Assembly: GCA_002794465.1 (NCBI GenBank)
Contig: MTSL01000198.1
Span: 26,730 to 52,498, forward strand
Origin: Paramicrosporidium saccamoebae KSL3
Lineage: Eukaryota > Fungi > Cryptomycota
DNA length: 25,769 nt
Reading direction: 5' to 3'
Part shown: positions 16,545 to 24,856 of the stretch, one piece after another
How the letters are laid out: the number at the start of each line of letters is the position of its first letter
Position numbering within the stretch: the stretch's first letter is position 1
Program-made: the position numbers and the translations under genes
Notes under the pieces: generated by a model
What the model saw: only the letters and a program-made list of their open reading frames with translations
Database searches by the model: none
Told to the model about the DNA's origin: nothing

Positions 16545-19500
16545 ATGCTGCCATCGTGCCTTCTCCTGCAGATACTCAAGTACTGCACGGCACATGGTAC
16601 GAGCTGCAAGGATTCGGTTGAGAGGCTTAATGGAGGCACCTATAGCGCAGCGATAGAAGTTGGTGAAGACTGGGACCGTTGTCGTTCTGTATTCTTTGAG
16701 AATGCATCAAGTAGCGGAGCTTCATTGTTCCTCACGGCCTTGGACGAAGGCTCCTGGGCAGCTACAGGACAAATCGCCCAAGATGTGGCCAACACGGAAG
16801 AATTTGCCGGTAAGGTCAATATCGAGCAGCTCAAGATCTTGACTACTCACGGTGCCACCATATCTTCACAGTTCTTTGCAAAAGTGTCGGATATCGAGGA
16901 TTTCGGTGGGCCGTCAATCAATAATGCAGATTTTCCGAAGAATATATTGGAATATTACAATGGTCCTATGCGTGATACCTCCTGGATGACTGCAGAACAG
17001 TTCAAATTGTTTGGAAGCAAGCTTGGCAAGACGATTCTATGCACGAAACTGGTGGGCTCTTCGATCAGCGCTGGCCTCCTTGCTTCTATCAGTCTGGAAT
17101 GCTTTCGTGGCCTTATTCAATCAAAGTCATCATTCGGCACCTGGTCCAGTTTCTGTCCAGGAATGATTGCAGATTGGCTTAATCACATCGAAGAAGATTT
17201 CCAGCATGTCAACCCCGATAACTATCAGTGTTTGCCGACGAGTGTGTGGCAGGAAGTACTAGGATCGCCTACACTTTTGGAATTTGTGCCGGACAATCAG
17301 TACAACCTGGAAAGCCCCAATCTGTTCAAGGTCTCATTGTCGAAAATTGGACACGTCCGATTTGCAGAAATCGTGAGACAACGTCCCAATGTGGCACTGA
17401 GTGTTATACGTATGCCTATACCCGAGTTGCCAGTCGACATCTTTGCCAGCTGTGGGAAAGAGGAAATGAAGTCTTTAACACGTCGATTTCTGACTCCACA
17501 TCTCTGGAAAAACCCAGAGATTATTGGGAACATTAGCAGTGCTGTAGATGATGACAAACACTTTTGCAACGGCATGGACGCCGAGACATACCACGACCTA
17601 ATTTGGTTGCGTGCAAACTGCAGTGCCAAGTGTCGTTCGTTTATATCGGTCCCAGACGGCTATGACAAAGAGAAGCTTCCAGAACTAGTCGACGGTGGGT
17701 CAATCTGGGACTCGCATGTGGCACAGATCAAGGCTAACCATTTACCTGATATACGCACTACCGGCCTGTTAATAGCCTCACGGAGTGAATTCTGTGAGCT
17801 GATGGCGGAAAAGGTGAGCAGCGATGAATTAGAGAATTTAGATAGTATCGCCCTTGGAATGATTGGTGCCAAGTGTGCCTTGGCACTAAAGTCACTCATT
17901 ACAAGGGAGGTTGCCCAGAAACTTAGATCACTTACTTTCCGACTGTTCACGGCTGATGACTTTAAGCTCAAAATGGCTGATATTACTCTCGATCAAATAG
18001 AGCACTTGTCTAAAAGCGTTCCGAAGGAGTCTAGTGTATTCACTAAAATCGAGACAGCTGAACTTTTGGAATATAGCAACAATATTCTCAGTGTCCTTAC
18101 GGATTCACAAATTGGTGCAATACAGGTGAAACCGGAGTATCTCAATTGGATTTCATTCCGAAGACAAGCTGCTCGACTGCTAAAAGAGATGCAGCAAGAC
18201 GATTTGAAAAAATTATTCGAATCGTGTCTCGCCTTTAAAGGTAAAGAAACTCTCGGCTTTGAGCACAAGGAATGTGCAAATGTGCTCTCAGGGATTATTC
18301 TTAATCTCTCAGGCCCCAACTGGGAATCTTCTGTGGGTTTTCTGTTCAACGACACTAATCTTCACTCGCTGCTGTACGAGTTGCTCAGTAAAGAAACCTT
18401 GCTTAAACTAATCCAAAAATCCACATTCAACTCAGCCGAGGATTTCAAACTAAAGCATGATGGACGGAAATACAATTTGGCACACTCCCTTCAAACGATA
18501 AGAGAATCACATCAATCATTGTCCAATCCACAGTCGACAATTTGTCATTCTGGTGTTACTGGGGTGGGTCCCCTTCGTGGCTGGCTTGGGGATTTGCTGG
18601 ATACAATGAAGACTAATATGGTTTCTAATACTGATGACATATATGCGTCCATTCAGAAATTCAAATTTCCCATTAAGGGAGTCGATGGCCCGCCGGCGGG
18701 GTTCCTGGCTGGAAAGGCGATGCAGAAAAAATTGAAACTCCCGTTTGCTCTAGATCCCAAGTTCTATGAACTCATTCTCAATGAGAATGACGATGAAACT
18801 GAGACATACTTCAAAACGACCTACGCGGAAGAATTGAGGGTGTTTAGGGACAATAATCTCTATCAACGTGTGACAAGCAATAGCTTCAAACTCACACACG
18901 AACAAAAGGACCAAGTGGAGCAGATTAAGCGGGAAGCATCTATGACTCCCTGTGAAAAAACAAAGGCTATAGAGAGAGTAAGGAACAAAGCATGGTTTGA
19001 AAGTAACAGGAATGATTTCGGTTGGGCGCCATTAAGCGAACTAACATTTAATGGATTCGAGAACACTAGCAACTACAACGACTACAGAATCCCACGTGGT
19101 GAACTCAGCTATGATGAATGGGAGGCAAAATGTGGTGCGGTATACTCGGTGTTTGAATATGAACATATGGAAGAATTCTTTGAAAAATTTAGTGCCAATT
19201 GTTTACAGGAATTCAAAACTTTTGTCAAGGGCTTCCGATCTGGGCTAGAGCTCTTTCTCAGGATGCCAAAAGCATATGTGGAAAATAAGCAGCCTTTTAC
19301 TGAAATACTTGTATCCAAAATTAACGGCGTTCCAATGACTGCAGACAAATTGTTTTCCAAAATTACAGTAAAAGCTGATGCTGACATTGCCTCTTGGTAT
19401 GGTGATGTAAAGTCTGAAGTCTTCTTCAAGGTGTTTTTGGACTGTCTGACACCGGAACAGCTGTCCAAACTTGTGGCTGTCTGGACGGGAGCTGCCTCGA

Positions 19501-19865
19501 CGGATTTGGATCGCATAAAACCAAAAATACTCTTCTACGTCCCAACGGATGGAAGTAACAAGTACAACAGTCGTGAAGCCATCGAAAATCTAGCCGCAAG
19601 CTCTGGCTCCATTGTCATTCATGGTGGCAACGAACACGAAGCCTTCCTGAGACAATTCTCGGCAAAGCTGCGGGAGGCAATGGGCTCTGACAAAGATGTA
19701 GTGGACCCGCTCAGTGACGGCAACGAGCATGTCGAGTTCTATCCGAGTGTGAACAGTGCTACTTGCTTTTCAGAACTGAAATTTCCACTACAACATTCTC
19801 GAATGCTGCTTGAAGCGCTCATTTGGCTTTTAAACGACGACCCAAGCAGTCTTTCTGACCGTTAA
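16545..19865 (+). CDS. Putative secreted protein with divergent C-terminal HECT-type E3 ligase domain, paralog 1 (1106 aa)
   Basis: ATG 16545 (track start 16515 is GTG); short hydrophobic leader MLPSCLLLQILKYCTA. HECT-ordered motifs: GVGPLRGWLGDLL, GFLAGKAMQKKLKLPFALDPKFYELIL, EFKTFVKGFRSGL, FFKVFLDCLTPEQLSKLVAVWTG, PSVNSATCFSELKFP (Cys codon 19764-66, 32 residues before the C-terminus). Confidence 0.8.
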   Translation: MLPSCLLLQILKYCTAHGTSCKDSVERLNGGTYSAAIEVGEDWDRCRSVFFENASSSGASLFLTALDEGSWAATGQIAQDVANTEEFAGKVNIEQLKILTTHGATISSQFFAKVSDIEDFGGPSINNADFPKNILEYYNGPMRDTSWMTAEQFKLFGSKLGKTILCTKLVGSSISAGLLASISLECFRGLIQSKSSFGTWSSFCPGMIADWLNHIEEDFQHVNPDNYQCLPTSVWQEVLGSPTLLEFVPDNQYNLESPNLFKVSLSKIGHVRFAEIVRQRPNVALSVIRMPIPELPVDIFASCGKEEMKSLTRRFLTPHLWKNPEIIGNISSAVDDDKHFCNGMDAETYHDLIWLRANCSAKCRSFISVPDGYDKEKLPELVDGGSIWDSHVAQIKANHLPDIRTTGLLIASRSEFCELMAEKVSSDELENLDSIALGMIGAKCALALKSLITREVAQKLRSLTFRLFTADDFKLKMADITLDQIEHLSKSVPKESSVFTKIETAELLEYSNNILSVLTDSQIGAIQVKPEYLNWISFRRQAARLLKEMQQDDLKKLFESCLAFKGKETLGFEHKECANVLSGIILNLSGPNWESSVGFLFNDTNLHSLLYELLSKETLLKLIQKSTFNSAEDFKLKHDGRKYNLAHSLQTIRESHQSLSNPQSTICHSGVTGVGPLRGWLGDLLDTMKTNMVSNTDDIYASIQKFKFPIKGVDGPPAGFLAGKAMQKKLKLPFALDPKFYELILNENDDETETYFKTTYAEELRVFRDNNLYQRVTSNSFKLTHEQKDQVEQIKREASMTPCEKTKAIERVRNKAWFESNRNDFGWAPLSELTFNGFENTSNYNDYRIPRGELSYDEWEAKCGAVYSVFEYEHMEEFFEKFSANCLQEFKTFVKGFRSGLELFLRMPKAYVENKQPFTEILVSKINGVPMTADKLFSKITVKADADIASWYGDVKSEVFFKVFLDCLTPEQLSKLVAVWTGAASTDLDRIKPKILFYVPTDGSNKYNSREAIENLAASSGSIVIHGGNEHEAFLRQFSAKLREAMGSDKDVVDPLSDGNEHVEFYPSVNSATCFSELKFPLQHSRMLLEALIWLLNDDPSSLSDR

Positions 19866-20153
19866 CTCTCTGTGGACCCCGAATGTGATAGAGTGGCAAA
19901 GAATTAAAGAAAAGTGGCCAGTCATAACAAGAATAAATGGTCTTAATAAACGGCCATGTCAAACAGGGCTATTGATTTGTAGTTGGCGGGAGGATGTAGT
20001 CGAGCGCGGGGAAACTAATGTCCCGCCATCCAAGTTGGAGTATACTAAGTAAAATCTGTTTAGATCCTTGCTTTATGACTCACAGGCTCGTAATATTTAT
20101 GTCTTCAGCCAATCAAAGTCATTGTTGTAGTTACCAGTACCGGGGTTAACAAC

Positions 20154-23100
20154 ATGTTATCCATGCTGCCACTATACCTTCTCCTGCAGATACTTCAGTA
20201 CTGCACGGCCAGCAGCGTTGACTGCAAAGCATTAATTGAAGGGCTTGATAGGAATGAACACGAAGCACCAAAGGACATTATCGAGAACTGGGATCATTGC
20301 AGTTCTACATTTCTAGGGAGTACGACAGAGCAAGGTGTTTCAGCGTTCTTAAATTTCATGATGTCACAACTAAAGGAGATTATGATTGATAGTTACAAAG
20401 GTGTGACCAGCACGGAAATGGGTAACAGGTCGGAAGAAGAGATAAAATCGGCGTTATTCCGAGACTGGAAGTCACGCTTTAATGTATCTATAGAAGGGAT
20501 TACTCAAGATATGGCCAACACGGAAGACTTCGCCAGTAAACTTGAAGTTGAATATTTCGAAATGCTGTTGGATTTGGGGTTCACCCCATCTTCCAGAAGC
20601 TTTGCACAAGTGAAGCGTATTCGTGAGTTTCAGCCCCCACCAGGTAAGGGCTCAGGCTTGCCAGAGAATATCTTGGAATATTGTGATGGCCTGATGCGCA
20701 CAGACTGGGTGGCCCCGGAACAGTTCAAATTACTCGGTAGCAAGCTTGAAAAAGATTTGCTATGCACGGATGTGGAAGGTTACGGGATCGACGTCAGCCT
20801 TCTTGCTGTCATTAGCTTAAAGTGCTTTCGTGGCCTCATAAGATCGAGTGTCTCATTCCCAGCCCCCCATAAATGGTCTGTCATCTGCCCAGAAACGATT
20901 AACGAATGGATTAGCTATCTCGAGGAAGATTTTCAACATGTCAAGCCTGAAAACTATCCGTCCTTGCCGATCAGTGTGTGGCAAAACGTATTAAAGTCGT
21001 CTGCACTTTTGGATCTCGCAATGAAGAATGATCCTGACCTTGACGTGAGACTATCCAATATTATCAATGTCCCATTGTCCGAAATCGGACATGTCCGATT
21101 CGCAGAGATTGCAAGACAACACCCCAATGTGGCTAGAGGGCTTTTTATCACATTTTCATCCAATTTTCCTGCTGATATTCTTGCCAGTTGTGGAAAAGAA
21201 GAAGTTAAGGCTTTGGAATTGAAGCTTAGAGTTATAGAGTTATCAAAAAAGCCAGAGGTTATTGAGAACATGGGTACTGCTGTGGATGATGACCGACACT
21301 TTTGCAAAGGCATGGACATTGGTACGTACGCCACAAAAACGTGGCTGCGCATGCACGGCAGCGACAGGTGTCGTTCGCTCATATCGGTCCCAGATGGCTA
21401 TGACAAAAAGGACCTTCCAGAACTAGCGAACGAAGGGCCAATTTGGGAATCGCAGCTATCACAGATCAGAAATAACCTCATCCCGAAAACTGCCACAATC
21501 ATTCCACTGATAACATCACGAAAGGAATTTTGTGAGCTGATGGCAGAGAGAATCGACAACAATGAGCTGGAGAACTTTGACGACTACGTACTTCGGGCTA
21601 TTAATAACAAGTGTGCCCTGGCGCTAAAGTCACATATCACAAGGAGTGTAGCTAAGATGCTTGGTGACTTTGCTTTCCGATTGTTCACGGCTGATGATTT
21701 CCAACTCAAATTGGCCGATATTTCCAGCAAGCAAGCGAGTCATCTATCTGAAGGTGTTTCGAACGAGCTCAGTGCGTTCGCCAAGATTGATGTGCTTGAT
21801 CTTTTGAACTGCAGTGATGATACCTTTTACACTCTTACGGATTCCCAGATAGATATAATTCAAAAGGCACCAGAATATACTGATTGGATTGCATTCCGAA
21901 GACAGGCTGCCCAATTGCTGCGGGACCCGCACCTACAGCCAGGCGGTTTGAATACTGCTTTTGATACGTGTCACGGCTTTAAAAGCAATGAGACTCTCGG
22001 CTTTGAGTACAAAGAATGCTTTGATGTGCTCGCTAGGATTATTCCTAGACTGGAAGACGACTACCGTGCCAAGGAGATGAACAATCTGTTAAATAACGCC
22101 AGTCTTCAATCGTTGTGGGATGAGCCTCTTGGTAAGAAGGCTCTATTTAAAGTAATGATGAGGACCTCATTTCCCTGGAACCAGGAGTTTGTTTTGCCAC
22201 ATGATGGAAAGAGATATGATATGGCCAAATCTCTTAAAGCTATAAGAAAATCATCCAAGACGTTGGCCAACCCACATTCAAAAGTGCGCCATCGTGATAC
22301 TGTCGGAGAGGGTCCCCTCCGTGCCTGGCTTGGAGAGCTGCTGGGCACAATGAAGGATAACATGATTGCTAATCTTAGCGACGTGGATGGATCGATTCAG
22401 AAGTTCAAATTCCCCATCCGGGGAGACGATGGACCGACTGCTGGGTTCCTGACTGGAAAGGCGATGCAACAGGGATTGAGACTCCCTTTTGCTCTGGATC
22501 CCAAGTTTTATGAACTCATTTTCAATGAAAAGGAGGACGAGATTGAGACATATTTTAAAACGACCTACGCGGATGAATTGAGTGTGTTTAGGGATCAAAA
22601 TCTCTATCAGCGTGTGATGGGCGATAGCTTTGAGCTCACGCCTGAGGAAGTAGAACAGATTGGACAAGCCCAACTCAAGACTCCCGAGGCGATGGAGGAG
22701 GCACGTAATAAGGCGTGGTTCAATCGTAACAAAGAGGATGCTTGTTGGGCTCCATTGGACAAACTGACATTCAATGGATTTGAGAGCCAAACCAATTACA
22801 ATCTCTACGAAATTCCACGAGAAGGACTCGGCCTTGAGGAGTGGTTCACAAAATGTGAAGCAGTCTACTCGGGATTTGAGTATGAAACCATGAAAGACTT
22901 CTTTGAAGAGTTTAGTGCCAAGTGTTTACAGGAATTCAAGACCTTTGTCAAAGGTTTCCGATCCGGGCTGGAAACTTTCCTCATTAAGGAAATACCACTA
23001 TTGGAGAACAAGCAAATTGTCCCAGACTTGCTTGTATCTGTGATCAACGGCTTCCCGATGACAGCGGAGCTCTTGCTTTCCAAGATTAGAATGGGGGCTG

Positions 23101-23603
23101 GTGCGGACATTGATTCATGGTATGGGACAGTAAAGCCTGAAGTATTCTTCAAGACGTTTTTGGAATGTCTGACTCCGAGGCAGCTGTCCAAACTTGTGGC
23201 CGTCTGGACGGGAGCTGCCTCGACGGAATTGAATGACAACCAACTGAAGCTATTTTTTTACAAGCCTGAGGACTATCACGTCACGTTTGACAGCTGTGAT
23301 GCCAGTGAAAAATTGTGCGCAAAGTCCAGATCCGTTGTCATCCATAGCGGCGACGAACACGAGTCATTTCTGAGACAGTTTTCGGCAAAGCTGCGAGATG
23401 CAGTGGATACAGATAAAGAAGTAGTCGATCCACTCAGCAATGGCGAAAAGTGTGTTGATTTCCATCCGAGTATTGGAAGTGCCACCTGCTTTATGTTCAT
23501 AAAATTGCCGGAGCAGGACGCCAGAAGGACTATTGAAGCACTCGTTGGACTGCTGAACGCCGATCCGAGCGATCTTTATGACGCCCCTCCCCCCCGAGTA
23601 TGA
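20154..23603 (+). CDS. Putative secreted protein with divergent C-terminal HECT-type E3 ligase domain, paralog 2 (1149 aa)
   Basis: Leader MLSMLPLYLLLQILQYCTASS; collinear with paralog 1 along nearly its whole length. Motifs GEGPLRAWLGELL, GFLTGKAMQQGLRLPFALDPKFYELIF, EFKTFVKGFRSGL, FLECLTPRQLSKLVAVWTG, PSIGSATCFMFIKLP (Cys codon 23487-89). Confidence 0.8.
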   Translation: MLSMLPLYLLLQILQYCTASSVDCKALIEGLDRNEHEAPKDIIENWDHCSSTFLGSTTEQGVSAFLNFMMSQLKEIMIDSYKGVTSTEMGNRSEEEIKSALFRDWKSRFNVSIEGITQDMANTEDFASKLEVEYFEMLLDLGFTPSSRSFAQVKRIREFQPPPGKGSGLPENILEYCDGLMRTDWVAPEQFKLLGSKLEKDLLCTDVEGYGIDVSLLAVISLKCFRGLIRSSVSFPAPHKWSVICPETINEWISYLEEDFQHVKPENYPSLPISVWQNVLKSSALLDLAMKNDPDLDVRLSNIINVPLSEIGHVRFAEIARQHPNVARGLFITFSSNFPADILASCGKEEVKALELKLRVIELSKKPEVIENMGTAVDDDRHFCKGMDIGTYATKTWLRMHGSDRCRSLISVPDGYDKKDLPELANEGPIWESQLSQIRNNLIPKTATIIPLITSRKEFCELMAERIDNNELENFDDYVLRAINNKCALALKSHITRSVAKMLGDFAFRLFTADDFQLKLADISSKQASHLSEGVSNELSAFAKIDVLDLLNCSDDTFYTLTDSQIDIIQKAPEYTDWIAFRRQAAQLLRDPHLQPGGLNTAFDTCHGFKSNETLGFEYKECFDVLARIIPRLEDDYRAKEMNNLLNNASLQSLWDEPLGKKALFKVMMRTSFPWNQEFVLPHDGKRYDMAKSLKAIRKSSKTLANPHSKVRHRDTVGEGPLRAWLGELLGTMKDNMIANLSDVDGSIQKFKFPIRGDDGPTAGFLTGKAMQQGLRLPFALDPKFYELIFNEKEDEIETYFKTTYADELSVFRDQNLYQRVMGDSFELTPEEVEQIGQAQLKTPEAMEEARNKAWFNRNKEDACWAPLDKLTFNGFESQTNYNLYEIPREGLGLEEWFTKCEAVYSGFEYETMKDFFEEFSAKCLQEFKTFVKGFRSGLETFLIKEIPLLENKQIVPDLLVSVINGFPMTAELLLSKIRMGAGADIDSWYGTVKPEVFFKTFLECLTPRQLSKLVAVWTGAASTELNDNQLKLFFYKPEDYHVTFDSCDASEKLCAKSRSVVIHSGDEHESFLRQFSAKLRDAVDTDKEVVDPLSNGEKCVDFHPSIGSATCFMFIKLPEQDARRTIEALVGLLNADPSDLYDAPPPRV

Positions 23604-23918
23604 TGGAGGGAAAAAGAATAGAATAACAAGAACAATGCGAATGATTATAATAAAAAGCCACAATTACTGTGTAACGGTCTCAATGAATAGCCATGTTAAA
23701 TGGGGCAACATTGGGAGGTTAGTGATCAAGGCGGGAGTGTATTGTTAGTGTATACAAATGCGCGTGTATGCGATTTTATCATGAGCATAGGCACTGTACA
23801 ACTAACATGAATGCTATACGATACGAGTATTGCCTAAATGAATATTCCATCCATAATATACATCGTCCCCGTAATACACAATGCATCACCCGTGATACAC
23901 ACAATATACAATACACAT

Positions 23919-24764
23919 TCATTTTTTAAAGACGACAAGAGCAGAAAGGACAGATAGTGCCAAGAGTGCAAGTGAAATGATGAACCAAAGAATACCATAT
24001 ACAAAGGCGGGGATGAGGACACTACATCTGTGAGCAAACACATAGGCATCGGATCCTTCAATGGTATTAAAGACGGTGGCATTAAGGATGCTCAGGATGG
24101 ACTGGACACTGGCAATGGCACCCAGAAAGAGGATCACATGGCGGGTAAAGGCACCGTCCTTGAACATAAAGGCAAATCCTAGCAGGGCCGTCAATCCAAG
24201 GGAGGAGAGGATTGTAAACAGACCGGATGAGAAGAACAGTGTCACCAGCAAGATCAGAATGACAATGACAGCCGACCATTTTGCCGTTCGATGTCCAAAC
24301 GCCATAAACACCAACAGAGCACCGATCAGCGTGCTGCCGATATAGCCAGCGGGCAGGATGAGACAGAGCCAGCCCCCAGAGAAGCGCGTAGCTCCAGATT
24401 CATCGAAATTAATGTTTATACTCCCCATGCGAGCGCCTGTAAGCCAGCACATGAGTGCATGTCCAAACTCGTGGAAAATGGTAGAGAGAATTGCAAATGG
24501 AAACAGTATCAGTCTGGTCACTCGGAACTGGTAGCAGGCTGTGATCAGGACGAGCTGTGCCGCTAGCAGGCCGAGGATGGTCCACTGTTCCTTGGTTGGG
24601 TGCAGACGACGGGCCCATTTCGAACGCCGCCCAACGAGGAGGGGCGACCGGGCAACTCCATATCCATGCAGCTCCATCTCGTCGTCCTTGCCGCTGTCGG
24701 GAAGGAGGGCCAGCCGACTAGTCCAGCCAGAGAGCGTCTTTTGGAAGTCCTTCCACTTGCCCAT
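23919..24764 (-). CDS. Peptidase M50B-like polytopic membrane zinc metalloprotease (~281 aa)
   Basis: HEFGH zinc motif in a hydrophobic helix, SGATRFSGG, PAGYIG, downstream SDA motif and several transmembrane segments. Start placed at MGKWKDF (24764); the ORF-track extension to 25232 is antisense to Rab1. Confidence 0.85.
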   Translation of the reverse strand: MGKWKDFQKTLSGWTSRLALLPDSGKDDEMELHGYGVARSPLLVGRRSKWARRLHPTKEQWTILGLLAAQLVLITACYQFRVTRLILFPFAILSTIFHEFGHALMCWLTGARMGSININFDESGATRFSGGWLCLILPAGYIGSTLIGALLVFMAFGHRTAKWSAVIVILILLVTLFFSSGLFTILSSLGLTALLGFAFMFKDGAFTRHVILFLGAIASVQSILSILNATVFNTIEGSDAYVFAHRCSVLIPAFVYGILWFIISLALLALSVLSALVVFKK

Positions 24765-24856
24765 TGGACCCCGCCCGCCAATCAGCACGCATCTGCCTAA
24801 CAACGCATAAATCAATTTAGCGCGATTAACTCGCTCGTTTACAACGGTTGGTTGGG
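24765..24856. promoter_or_regulatory. Putative 92-nt bidirectional promoter (M50B-like gene / Rab1)
   Basis: Divergent ATGs at 24764 (-) and 24857 (+); contains GCCAATCA, and a GGG run lies within a few nt of each ATG on its sense strand. Confidence 0.55.

Noticed and set aside
17297-23239. Paired antisense ORFs inside the two HECT genes (e.g. 19109-19516 and 22865-23239)
   Set aside because: Shadows of the paralogous sense frames.
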